In this document: piece by piece, positions 10,723 through 22,813 of the stretch
Position numbering within the stretch: the first letter of the stretch is position 1
Layout: each line of letters starts with the position of its first letter
Source of the DNA: Lama glama
Lineage: Eukaryota
Assembly (NCBI GenBank): GCA_028534125.1
Contig: CM052817.1
Coordinates: forward strand, 100,194,001 to 100,258,000
DNA: 64,000 nucleotides
Direction: 5' to 3'
Made by a program: the position numbers and the translations under genes
The notes under the pieces: generated by a model
What the model was told of the DNA's origin: nothing
Database searches by the model: none
The model's input: only the letters and a program-made list of their open reading frames with translations

Positions 10723-13265
10723 CCTGATCCTCCAGACTTGTGGGGGGGAGGATTCTCCTAATTCCTTTCCTACTTTTCCTGCCCCTGGGCAGAATGGGAA
10801 GAGATGGCGGTGGCGGACAAATGTGTCACCCTGCTTTCTTTACTGTCTTTTTTTCCCCAAAACTCAAATCTCTTTCCTAAAACTCAGGTTTTCCCAGCCC
10901 TTGTTTCTAGCTTGTCCAGGGGAAAGATGGGAAGACCTAGCCTCAGTTGTCTCTTTACACTTCTGGGAAATTTGCTATGTCCTCTGGCTGGGAGCAGTGT
11001 CTTCTGAACTTGGTAATTAAGAGTCTGGGTCTTTGCTTTCAGGGCTGGCTTGTCTCAAGAGCTACTTGTTACATTTTGCACTTAAGCTGGAGATGTGGGG
11101 AGAGAGGGCTGGCCATGGGGCAAGAAGAACCCGGCAGGGAGGAAGGGACACAGTTCACTGTGTTTCAGCCTCTCTTCTGCTGTGGACATGGAAACTTCAT
11201 TAGCACCTACTGCACAGGGCCTGGCTCCCCCCCGGGTGGACGGCCGTGTAAGGCAGGCAGGGAGCATCTCGGGCGCCAGGAAGGAAGTCGGGAGGGTCAT
11301 TGCTCAGGGACAGAGACAGAAATTCCCCCAGCAGGGCTCTGCAAAGCTCCACCCTCCAAAAAAACATCAGTTTCAGGATCCTTCCTGGGAATTATTCCTT
11401 TCCAATGCACTTTTCAATTTCAGGCAATCGGCATATCTTTTATTCATTAAAAAGCTGAAATATCCTTGTGCGAGGGAGGCCCCAGAGGACAGCCGTGCTC
11501 CGGGTGGATGATGGATTTCTTTACAATGCAGTTTAATCAGCAAGGCATCTCATGTATTTATGGTCAGGAGAGTTTTCCTTGGGTGGAGAGTGAGGGCTGA
11601 GAGATTATGACGTGGCACGCTGCAGAATCCAGGCCCAGGCCCAGGCCTCACAGAGGCTGCAGCCCTCTGCTTGTGAGCAGGAGCCCGAGGGCCAAGCCAT
11701 TACCCCCTGTGACTGTCCCCAAGAAGCCAGCGAAGCAAGAGGGTCATTCTCCAGTTTCCCCTCTCAGGCCCAGAGAGAGGCGCCCACAGGTCACCATACA
11801 AGGGTTGAATTGTCCCCCAAGTGTGACAAAGCCAGCTGTACACCAGCAGTTGGGAAACTTTCTGGGAGGAGGGTCTCTTTTTCCTTTGCTAGAATCTGAG
11901 ACTCCGGAGGGGAGTGGAGGGAGAGAACTCCCTCCTGGGTAAGGTAGGGGGCGTAAGAAGCCTTGTATCTGAGGCACTTCTGCTGGGGAGTCCTGGCTGA
12001 CCAAGGCCACAGCCCCATCTGTGACCAACATAAAGCTTCCTGAGGCCCCCTGTGTAGAGGGCAGAGAGCGGGTGGGATTGCAGATATCCTTGAAAAGGGA
12101 AAATTCAAGCTTGGGATGGAAGAGCAGATACTGAGGGCGGACATCCTTCTATCAGGGGTGGGCCGAGATGGCGCCTGGGCGTCCCCAGGCCAGGGAAGGC
12201 TGTCTGGGCTCTGGAGGAGAGCTCCGCTGTTGGCTGCCTCTTCCCTCCTCTCATTTCCCTTCCTCGCTCCGTTTCAGTCTACTAGTACTTTTGTGGGTCT
12301 GTTTCTCCTCCTGCCCAGGCTTTGCCACCCCTGGAGAGGCACTCAAAGGAGGCTCTCAGCAGGTGAGAAGAAGGCAAGAGATGAGGGAGGAGGTGGGATG
12401 GCAGGTGAGCAGGAGCAGACGCATGGGGTCAGGGCCTTTCGTGGGAGGGATCCCACCTCTGCCAGAGGTACAAAGACTCAACATCATTGTCAACGTCTCC
12501 TTTTCCTCTGAAGCTTTTTGATTTTGTTGAAAACAAACAAATGAACAGACTCCCAGGGAGGAAAATCATGTCACCTTCCCTAGCTGTTTGGTTTTGCTGA
12601 CTCCTTGCAGGGCCTTCTGCTTCCCACTCTCTACTTGTTTTCTTCTTTGAAGTGGAGATGAGAAGGCAGGGCTGGGACAGCGGATGTGGCGGTCAGCGTG
12701 GTAGCCCAGGAGTGTAAAGAAAGAACACGTGATGTTTGATGGAGTAAATCTCTGAAAAGAGTGAAAAAATAAAACAAAACAAAAAACAAATCGAGGTGAT
12801 CATAATCATTACTATTGACTTCAAATCCAACATATTTCAGGGATATTCTACACGTTGTCTCACTGAGAGTCATTCTCTCCATGACTTTATCACCCCTGCA
12901 ATGGAGAGGGACCCATTGACTAGGGGTCAAGAGGAAGTCAGCAGGTCCCTAAGTAGTGAAAGAGAAGGAGAGACCAAAAAGAAATGTGGGGAGACAAGCT
13001 ATGTGGTAGGTACCGGAAGGGGAATACATGCCATCCACGGCTCCCTGCTCCTTTCTGTGCCCGTGACAAGCACGTGAGCCCATCGCCACATTCGAGAACT
13101 TGACTTTTCTTCCCCAGGCAACACTCCAGGCAGCTGTTACCAGTTGGTAAGAGCGGGCACTCAGTTCAAAATTTATTCGCTGTTCTTAGTGCTGTAAGAA
13201 AATCAGATAAAATTTTACAAGGGGAGTAGTCATGAGGTGACTAGTGTGGTAGAGGGCCTGTTTGG

Positions 13266-13658
13266 TTTTTTTTTAATTGAAGTATTGTTGATTCATAATG
13301 TGGTGTTAATTTCTGGTGTACAGCATAATGATTCAGTTATACATGTATACATATATTCTTCTTCATTATAGGTTATTACAAGATATTGAATATAGTCTCC
13401 TGTGCTATACAGTAGGACCTTGTTGTTTATGTATTTTATATATAGTAGTTTGTACCCTATGACCCAACAGTCTCACTCCTGGGCATATAACTGGAGAAAA
13501 TGCTGCTTTGAAAAGATACATGCACCCCAATGTTCATAGCAGCACAATTTACAACAGCCAAGACATGGAAGCAACCTAAATGCCCATCGACAGATGACTG
13601 GATAAAGAAGATGTGGTATATTTATATAATGGAGTACTACTCAGCCATAAAAAAGAAT
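13266..13658 (-). mobile_element. L1 3' end with 5' inversion
   Basis: Antisense 3' UTR (13266-13454) joined to a sense ORF2-end piece (13455-13658). TSD-like gcctgtttgg / gcctattttgg. Confidence 0.85.
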
Positions 13659-14151
13659 GCCTATTTTGGAACACAGAGGGTTTGTCTCTAAGGACCCTGT
13701 CGGCACCTGTGATGAGGGTGATGTCTGTCGTGGCAGTGGCAGGACCCACACTGTGAGGAGTTAGGATGGTGATGGAAGGAGATGTAGCAGCTAAGGGTAC
13801 AGATCACTTGTTCCTAGAGTTTGTCACTGAAAGTCTCAAAAGTTGCTCTGCCAGGGAGCAGAGGTCCAGTGAGTGGGAGGAGCTGGATGAACATAATGAA
13901 AGTGTGACAATGCTTAGAAAAGTAGGAAGTGCCTTACAGACTGAACAAAAGAATGTAAAAACGGGAAAATATTTAACTGTCATCTTTTCCTAATTAAACG
14001 TAATAGGCAGATTAATGATAGTCTCCAAATGTCATACACATCAGGTAACTGGCTTCCTCTGGACTGACTGGATCACTGATGTGGGACACATGTTCCAAAG
14101 TCCTGTTCCTTATTGTCCCAATTGTCACTTTTGTATTTTAAGAAGAGATCT

Positions 14152-14326
14152 TGCTATATTCAATAACTTGTTGTAACTTATAATGGAAAAGAATCTGAAA
14201 AAAAAAAGATATATATGTATCTCTGAATCACTTTGCTGTACACCTGAAACTAACACGACATTGCAAATCAACCATATTTCAATTAAAAAAAAGAATAAAG
14301 CTATTTGGATAAGGGAGGAAAAAAAA
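14152..14326 (+). mobile_element. Short L1 3' end with extra 3' sequence
   Basis: L1 terminus gaatcactttgctgtacacctgaaactaacac. Perfect TSD aagaagagatct at 14140-14151 and 14327-14338. Confidence 0.9.
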
Positions 14327-14673
14327 AAGAAGAGATCTGACTGTGAGTAATGGGAAGGCGTGGGCCTGCTGAGTAACTACACTTTCATCACTGCTTCTCT
14401 CTACCTGCCCGAGACTTCCCACAGACTCTGCCCCTGCAGAGCTCGGCTCCTGTAGGATCCCCAAACTGCTACAACCACCTCCTCACTGTGTACCATCCCA
14501 CTGGTGAGTAACCAGTGACCTGCCACCCACCCGAGGCACTTTGTCAGGAACACCATCCTACAAGCTACCTCTACTAACTGCTCACCAAACTAACAACTTT
14601 CATCTGAAATTCCCTTAAGGAGGGCACATTACAAACCAGGCGTTTATTACTCTCCCGGCGCTGCCCATACCCC

Positions 14674-15191
14674 TGTGAAAGAAAAATACTGCCAACCATA
14701 TCAGTAAACAAAGGATGCTGTGGCCATCAAGTCATCAGCCGCTATCACCCCCTGCCCCCTGCCCCCGCCCTGACAGTGAGCGGAGGGAACTCAGGATGGA
14801 GACAAGCAGGCAGCCCGGCCTCTGCTGCCATCCCCAATGGTGCCCCCCGAGGGAACTCAGGATGGGAAAGCACAGGACACCGGCCCTAGAGAGCTAGGTG
14901 CATATCAAAGGAATGATTTCAATGGGCCCAGATCTTTGCACCTTCCCATATATAGAAAAGTGCTAAATTCCTTGATTTGGGGTATCTGGTTTTCTTTAAT
15001 TAACTGTAATCTTTTGATGTTCCAACTACCTGGTCTTTGTGGCAAAACTATATATCCTGACTCCTTGCCTGCCTCTTTGTAGAAGTGGCTTAGAGCGATC
15101 TGTGAGGCTGCCTCCCAGGCTTGAGCCCTCAGTAAGTCCACCAAATAAAACATAGCTCTCAACGTTCAGGTTGTGCATGTCTTAGTCAATA
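14674..15191 (+). mobile_element. ERV1 solo LTR (MER41-like, cetartiodactyl type)
   Basis: Starts TG, AATAAA at ~15143, 4-bp TSD cccc. Homologous to the inverted copy at 34009-34507. Confidence 0.8.
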
Positions 15192-15475
15192 CCCCTGAGT
15201 GGCTGTCTCTGGAGCCACATCCCTCTACCTGTGCATGACAGATGCTTTGTAGCTGGGGCCAGCTTCAGCATCAGTTGGTCACAAACAGGTGAGGGGAGAA
15301 CCAGCGTTAAAGGTCCAGTCAACGTGGGTGATGTTTTTCCTTGTGTCTTATCTTCCAGGATCTACATCGACATTTTTCCTGCCTGGATTCTGTGTTGAAT
15401 AATGAAAGCTACAACTTATTGAATAATGACTTTCAGCAGAGTACCTGACATATGTTATTTCTGGTCCTTATAACA

Positions 15476-15740
15476 GTCTGGCAGGGTAGATACTTGGTGG
15501 GGACACGCAAAGATGCTGCCCACCTGTGGGAGTGCAGTCAGCAGACAGCCCCCACCTGCCAGCTCTTCCGGGTCTTCCTACCCCTAATGACGAACAGAGT
15601 GAGTGTGTAATGCCGGCCACTTCAGCCCAACGTGGGCCGTCTATCAGGTCTGTCCGATCCTGCCTCTCCTTTCCTTCCACAGGTGCTGATCCTTAATAAA
15701 CACCTTGCACCCCAAACTCCATCTCAGAATTTGCTTCTAA
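15476..15740 (+). mobile_element. LTR16-like ERVL LTR
   Basis: ccttccacaggtgctgatccttaataaacaccttgcaccccaaactccatctcag 3' signature. Confidence 0.7.
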
Positions 15741-15880
15741 GCCTCAGTTTTCCTAGTCTATAACAAGCCAACAACACCTCCTCTTAGTTATTAAGATTAT
15801 GCTAAAGATTAAATGAGATCGTGCAAATTAGAGCACGTTATACAATGGCTGGCATTTGGAACATGTTCCATAAATGCTGG
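15741..15880 (+). mobile_element. MIR
   Basis: gcctcagttttcct...aagattaaatgagat. Confidence 0.7.
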
Positions 15881-17399
15881 CTGGTCCATCGTAGCCCAAA
15901 GGCGCACGGCTAGAAAGTTTTGGGCCCAGGTTTCCAACTCGTCTGCCTCACCCTGGAGCAGGCTACGAAGTAGGTTAGGAACACTCTCATGAGACTTCTC
16001 TTTTGCTGCTTTGTTTCATGGATATTTACCTATTTTCATATCTCTGCCTTCCAGACACTGAAGACCTGGGAACAGCAATGATGCTGTATCCACCCTCAAC
16101 GCTCGAGGCATAGCAGGGACTTTACACATGGGGAGATGCTCGGCTGCAGTTTAATGATTGAATGACTGACGACATCTCCAATGATTTTAAACTTCCTGTG
16201 GGGCCTGAAGAAAAATTCAGATTACTTAAAATGCCCAGGTTTTATTGGTTTCTGGGTTTCCTCATCTTCTCTGCCTGTTGATGGGATTCCCCAAGCAAAT
16301 AACCCTAAATAGCTGCCTCCCTGCACAGGTCAGGAAGGTAACCACGCTGGACCAAGCTGCAGGGGTTTGCGTGAGAGGCTCGAGCTAGGAACACACGGAT
16401 GCGCCGCCGGACACACAGCTCTGACCGCTTGGGGTTTTGGTTGTGCAGAGGGCATGGGGCTGGCCCTCGCACTGCCCTCGGCCTGGGCTGCTTGCTCTGT
16501 GGTGAGGGGCATGCAGGAAGCTCCCCTACCTCGCACCTTCCTCAGAGCAAAAGAGTCTTCCTGATGGGTTTTCTCCCCCACTTTTAGGAGCCAAGTAGGT
16601 GGATGTAAGACTGGGAGGATTCCTCCAAATTCTGAAAAGTGGGATTGCAATAGTTTCTAAGGGCAGACTCTGGCAGAATAATCTTAGGAGAAGGTCCCAC
16701 TAACACATCATGAGACAAGTTGGCTTTGGTGAGGCAATCTCTTCTTGATCTTTCTGATCCTCTCAAGACCCTTCCTTTCCACAAGAGATGGGAACTCACT
16801 ACCAGGTAACTCTAGTCCCAGTTTTGAGAAACTGTATTTTTCCTTTTGTCTGCCTCTATTCCTCTTCACGTCTGAGGGAGAGTTTAAACAGGTGAAGGGT
16901 TTAATGTCCTAGTCACTTTCAGCAGAAACAAATCTTTAAAAAGGAACCAAAAATGGCCGATGCTTAACCTGAAGGTTTTAAGGGTGAAATTTTAGACCCC
17001 TTGACACCTTCCCACAACTGCAATTGCCTGCACTGTCTTCAAGTCAGGTCCTGCTCACTATTTCTGCACCAGACAATCCAGTAAAGACTGTGCATGTGTG
17101 AGATGCTACATATTTAGGTAAAGGTATTATTATAATCTAAGTTCTTTAGGGCCAGGGGACGTCACATGATTTGATGATGTAGTTACAGGAAGCAGAGTAG
17201 GAGAAATTAAGGCATATATGACTAAGAAATAGGGAAATCATTTTATTTTTAGATGAGGGTTAAAGTAAGATGGAACTAATGAGGCAGAAAGCAGTTTGGA
17301 TTTAAGTTAGAATGCCTCCTTGGGGAGATGGTAGGGTAGGATATACATGCTGCATGGCTTTGGATCCAATGCCTTTCTTTTCATTAAAAAAAATCCCCC

Positions 17400-20330
17400 C
17401 CCCCAGTTATAAAATAGTGTTGCTTATTATAGAAATTTAATCAATATAATTATAATTATAGAGATGAAAATTAAAAGCTATCCAAAAAAGTTCTACTCCT
17501 TAGATTCAGTCAGTCTTGACATTTTGAGATGTTCTCTAATGGCCTTTATAAATTATATACATATATGTTAAATTTTTTGAGAAATAGTTTGGTTTAAGAG
17601 GATGTCCATGTAGTTTGTAAATGATAGTAAATGTCACATGTACTACCTTTGGGTTTCCAGGCCTGTTCTAACAATGCGACATGGATTTATCCCTCCAGCT
17701 GTGGCCAGTATTAAGGATGATAGCACTACTTTGTGCTGGTTGTGTGGTGGTTGTATTTAGCATATTTACTGAAATCTCTACTAATTCTAATAGTTCATGG
17801 ACTTCCTTGTATTTTCTATATCAGAAAAATGTATTATCTGTGAATAATGATGTTGTTTCTTCCTTTTTAATCCATTTATCTCTGATTTCCTTTTTCTTAG
17901 CGCTGTTGGAAAAGACCTCCTGTAGAACAATGCTGAGTAGAAGCTGGGATGAAGCACAAGGTGTCACATAAAGCTTGTAATGCTTTAAAAGTATAAAATT
18001 AAAGTGTCACTCATAATAGAACTATTCACAAACTACAAATGGAAAATATCTTCTTTGATGAAAAGCATCTACCAAAAACCTACTAAGAATATTCTGCTTT
18101 TGAAACATGGTGCCCATGTCCAGGAGGATAAATGCTTGTCATATTGTTGGAGGGGGCCTCCCTAGAAACCAAAAGGTAACAGACATGAATGTTGTTCACA
18201 TATTACAATGGACATTTTTCTAAATCAAAGCCTTTGTGTAAAAAACTAACATATGTTTATATAACTTCTAAAGGCCATTAGGGAATATGCTAAATATCAA
18301 GAATTGTTGACCTAAGATAATGGAATTTATATTTATGAAAGATAAGCACGTTTTAAAGCAAAAAATTTTGTAGCGATAAAGATAAATGTTACATAGTCAT
18401 GGAAAACATTTATTAGGAAGATACAGCATATTAAAAATATCTGATAATCTCTGTCTTATTTAATGAGTAAATATGTCTATATTTATTTTGAATATATCTA
18501 TAGCTAGAAGTAAAAGTACTATTTCTATTTTGTCAGGGTTATTCTTGAACTTTTAGCCTGTAGACTTGATTTAAGAAAGTTAACATTAAATCAATATGTC
18601 TATTCTCCTCAGAACAATAGAAAGACCTTTGGGTGCTTTAACTCTGGAGACTGTCATCTGTCATCCATGTCGTTTAATATTTTGGGTTGGCTTTGTTTTT
18701 AAACTTCCTAAAATTAGTCATTTTTATTACATATAATATTTTTGTTTTTCTAAAGTTTCTGCAGATGATGCTTATTTAGATTTTCCCTGGCATTTACCAA
18801 TTTATTTGGTCAAAATGTTTTGTATGTTTCACTCTATTTTCTAAGTTCAGTTTATTTTTAAATAAATAATGTCCTTCAGGAGTCTTTCAACAAAGGCCTG
18901 TGAGGGATAAACTCTCTTCATCTGTTTTGCTTTGTTTTGCCCTCTGTCTGAATAATAGTTTCTCTAGATATATGATTCCTGTTGACAATTGTATTTCCTG
19001 AATACTTTGAAGATATCATTTTACTGTATTTAGTTTCCACTTTTGCTGATGAGACATCAGTCTATTTGTTGTTTCTTTTTAGATATGTCTTTTCAGTCCT
19101 TTAAATTCTTAAAATTTCTGCATTCATCTTCATCTCTTTATTTTTTGTGCTGTATTCTAAGTAACTTCCTTATATTTGTTTTCCAGTTTACTAATTCTTT
19201 CTTTAGCTGATTCTAATCTCCTTTTTGGAGTTCTTACTTTCAATGACTATATTTTTAATATTAGAGTATCTAATTCTTTTAGTGTGTAGATATTCTTTAT
19301 CTGATAATTTGAAACATTTACTTTATAATTTCTTTAACATTGTTCTATTTTTCTTCAAACTGCGGTATGAACTTTTCTATTTATTGCATCTGCTTTGACT
19401 TCTTTGATTGTGTACACATCTTCACTGCTTTTTGTTTGTTACTGTGGTAATCTGTGACAGTGTCCTTATAGACTGAATTTTATATGTGATATTTTTCCCA
19501 AGTTTCACCAATCTGAGACTAATTTTTCATTGGTTTTTCAGTTTGGGATTACTACCCTATGACTAAAATACATTTGGACATTACATCTCTGTGTGTAAGA
19601 GCCTCAGGAAGTTTTTGGATGCTCCCCACTACCCACAATGGGAAGAGACAAGTTTCATTGGTGCTTTTCTGGACCAGTGGGTTCAATTCCCACCATTCAG
19701 GGAGGGAGATTCTGGTTTCATGGAGAGATTTCAGTTCTAACCCCCTGACCTTATAGTCTCAGTGCTCTGTCTTCTGTCCCAACATGGGTGTAGAGATCCT
19801 AGCTCTTAGCTGTCAGGATGTGTATCTGGATCTGGTATTCTCTTGAACTTCCCTGGTATAATTTCAAGAAATCACACTTCTGGCTTTCAATTTCTGTTTT
19901 CTTATGTCACCTGTTCCATTTGTTCTTTCCTCTTTTCCTTCCTCTCTCCTTCACTACTTTTCTCACTTTCTTTCCTTTTAATTTCTCAGCTATGTATTTA
20001 AATTCATTTTTAAGATTTAATTTAGCATTTCCATTTTTTTTGGTAGTGAAAAGAGGTTCAGCTTACTCTTTTGTCAGAAATGTATACCCATACTCAATTT
20101 TGCTTGCTGTTTTTTTAAAGCTAATATTAAAAGCAAAGACTTTTTTCATTTTATCACATTCTTTGTAAACATAATTTTAATTGCAGTATGTTTAATTTTA
20201 TGAATGTGCTATAATTTATTCAATTATTCCCTTAACTGAACCCTTATATTTCTTCACATTTTAAAATTATCTATTAATAATGCTGGAGTTGACCTTAAGT
20301 ATACATTTTTCCCCATATTTTGGGCTATTT
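17400..20330 (-). mobile_element. Patchwork of highly degraded L1M/HAL1-like fragments (AT-rich)
   Basis: T-rich antisense LINE-like composition with scattered L1 motifs. Internal boundaries not resolvable by eye. Confidence 0.5.
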
Positions 20331-20334
20331 TAAT

Positions 20335-20720
20335 GTATTTATTTATTACCTTGTTTCTTCCGTAAAGAAATTGGGTAGATAAACATTTATATACAATACA
20401 AAAATTGAGTTAGGCAGAAGGGAAATTATGGATAGGAAAACAATGGAACAAAGTATAGGGTTAGCATGGAGCAGTTAATTCTACTTTTTTGTTGAATTAA
20501 GCAAAACCTTAAGGTGCCTAGAGGTGTAAGGAGAGAGAGACACATGGTTAAATTTGTGTTTCACATTGTTCATGAACTAAAATCAAGTGAGTTGTTCAGG
20601 AGAAGTACATGTTTTCCCTAACATTATTATGAATGGTGTGAAGAGACCCATAGCATAATGCTGGCATGCAATTCAGTAACTGGTTCTAAGAGGGAGCAAA
20701 ACGACACATTTCATATATAT
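20335..20720 (-). mobile_element. L4 (RTE-X)-like ancient LINE
   Basis: tttatttattaccttgtttcttcc start and gttcaggagaagtacatg motif. Resembles 54690-55060. Confidence 0.45.
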
Positions 20721-20764
20721 AGCTTCCCAGAAGCCTCGTTTCACCCATGGATAACATTCATTTA

Positions 20765-21080
20765 TTTGTGTTCTCTCTCTTGTCTTCTTGGTGAACCTGG
20801 CCAGAGGTTTGTCAATTTTGTTTACTCTTTCAAAAAATCAGCTCTTGGTTTGATTGAGTTTTTTCTATTTTTTTTATCTCTATTTTATTTGTTTCCTCCC
20901 TGATCTTTATTATTTCCTTCCTTCCGCTGACTTTAGGTTTTGTTTGCTCTTCTTTTTCTAATTCTTTTAGGTGTTAGGTTAGGTTGTTTACTTGAGATTG
21001 TTCTTGTTTTTTGAGAAAGGCCTGTATCGCTATGAACTTCCATCTTAGGACTACTTTTGCTGCATCCCATAGATTTTGTG
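20765..21080 (-). mobile_element. Internal L1 ORF2 fragment flanked by a direct repeat
   Basis: Encodes QNLWDAAKVVLRWKFIAIQAFLKKQEQSQVNNLT, matching L1 ORF2 just after the endonuclease domain. Flanked by tggataacatt(t)cattta. Confidence 0.85.
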
Positions 21081-21379
21081 TGGATAACATTTCATTTAGA
21101 TTATCTACCACAAGGGTCTTACTCCGGAGACTGAAACTTTCGGACTTACCTGCTAAATTGGTGTGTTGCACTTTGGTGCATAGAGGTTTGAAGTTGTTGC
21201 TGTTAATCTCGTCTTTCTGACAGCACTGATTTCCTGTAGGCAACCACTCCACCTTCAGCTCTAAGAGGGGCTTCGGAGAGCAAGTGGCCTCCCACGGGGA
21301 GTGGGCAAGGTGTGAGACCTGAGTTGGCCCAATCATAACGAGGAAGAGCTTATTTCATCCTTCTCTCTTTCCAGATCTG

Positions 21380-21636
21380 AACAGGAAGCCTGCAAGCTCC
21401 GGGTGCCACTGGAAGTTATCTGTCCCCACAAGCCTGTGTTAGGAAGAGGCTGACGCTGAGATGACAGAACAGAGTAACAGAGAGAGCAGGGCTGTTGATG
21501 ACATCATCCACTGATGAGTGCACTGCCTGGAATCTGCTCATGTCTAGATTTCAGCTATTTTCAGATGTTTCCTTCTCGTTGAAGGTCGTTTGAGTTACGG
21601 TTTTGTTTCTTATATCAGAAAGCATCCTAACTGATG
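21380..21636 (+). mobile_element. Old MLT1 (MaLR) LTR fragment
   Basis: 3' signature gtttgagttacggttttgtttctt...aaagcatcctaactgat. Confidence 0.6.
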
Positions 21637-21719
21637 AGAGTTACTTAACAGTCATCAAGGAATCTATGACCAAAAAGATGTAAAAATCATGGAGCTATAG
21701 AAACTCATGCTAATCATAA

Positions 21720-21925
21720 GAAACGTCACATATGTAAGTTTAGCACTCCATATGCATTCATTTATATTACCTTCGCAAGAACTCAGTGAAATTGGTATCA
21801 TCATTATCATTATCCCCATTTTACAAAAATGGAAACTGAATCCTAAGAATTAAGGAACTTGGCTAAGGTCACGCAGCCCAGTTCTAGAGGCTAAATGTAT
21901 GACCACCATACTGTACTGCCTCTCA
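21720..21925 (-). mobile_element. MIR
   Basis: attatccccattttaca...ggaaactga...aaggtcacgcagc. Confidence 0.75.
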
Positions 21926-22089
21926 GTAAAGTGCGAGTACCTCCTACACAAATAGCACCCTCCCAGCCGGGGGTTTGTGTAAAGGGTGAACAACACAGAG
22001 CCACGATTTTAATCCTTGGTGAGAGTCTGGAGGACAGCTATTCTGTGATGCCAGGTGTTGGCCGATGTACAACTGTGATAGTCAGTGAG

Positions 22090-22280
22090 GCAGGGAGGAG
22101 ACCTTAATGGTTAAGAAGAGGGATTGGCATTCAGATAACCTGGGCTGAATCCCGGCTTTGCCACTTACTAGCTTTATGATCTGATCTGTAGGAGCCTCCT
22201 TTTCCTCACCTAGAAAATGAAGGTCCATGTAGCTTGCAAAGTTTTGTACGGATTAACTAAGACGGTGTACAAAGGGTAAC
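22090..22280 (+). mobile_element. MIR
   Basis: cctgggctgaatcccggctttgccacttactagct. Confidence 0.75.
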
Positions 22281-22393
22281 GTCTTCTTATTGAAAGACCA
22301 CAACCTAGAATGGATGGCCTCTGGTCTCTATATGAGGGTGTGGTGGGGAAGACACAGTGCAGCATTTGGAGAAAAGATTAAAAAGCAGGGGCT

Positions 22394-22660
22394 CTATTTA
22401 TATAAAGTACCTAAAATAGGCAAATTCATAGAGACAAAGTAGAATCGAGATTACCAGGGGTTAGGGGGAGGGGAAATAAGGAGTTATTATTTAATAGGTA
22501 CAGAGTTTCTGTTTGAGAGGATGAAAAAATTCTGGAAATAGATAGTGGTGCTTGGTTACACAGCATTGTGAAAGTACTTAAGGCCACTGAATTGTACACT
22601 TAAAGATGGTGAAACTGGTAAATTTTATGTCATGTATATTTTACCACAATAAAAAAAAGG
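22394..22660 (+). mobile_element. L1MB-type 3' end
   Basis: aggcaaattcatagagac...ccactgaattgtacacttaaa...ttttaccacaataaaaaaaa. Confidence 0.85.
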
Positions 22661-22677
22661 AGGAAAAAAAGCAGGAA

Positions 22678-22813
22678 GGGGGAGGGTAGAGCTCAGTGAT
22701 AGAGCACATGATTAGCATGTACGAGGTCCTGGGTTCAATCCCCACTACCTCCATCAAATAAACAAACAAACAAACAAATAAACAAACCTAATTACCCCCC
22801 CCCCCAAAAAAGC
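22678..22813 (+). mobile_element. vic-1-type SINE, full length
   Basis: A box (agctcagtgatagagc), B box (ggttcaatccc), (AAAC)n, aacctaattacc, C-run and A-tail. TSD aaaaagcagga. Confidence 0.9.

Noticed and set aside
22678..22755. tRNA-like A and B boxes
   Set aside because: Part of a SINE with tail and TSD, not a tRNA gene.
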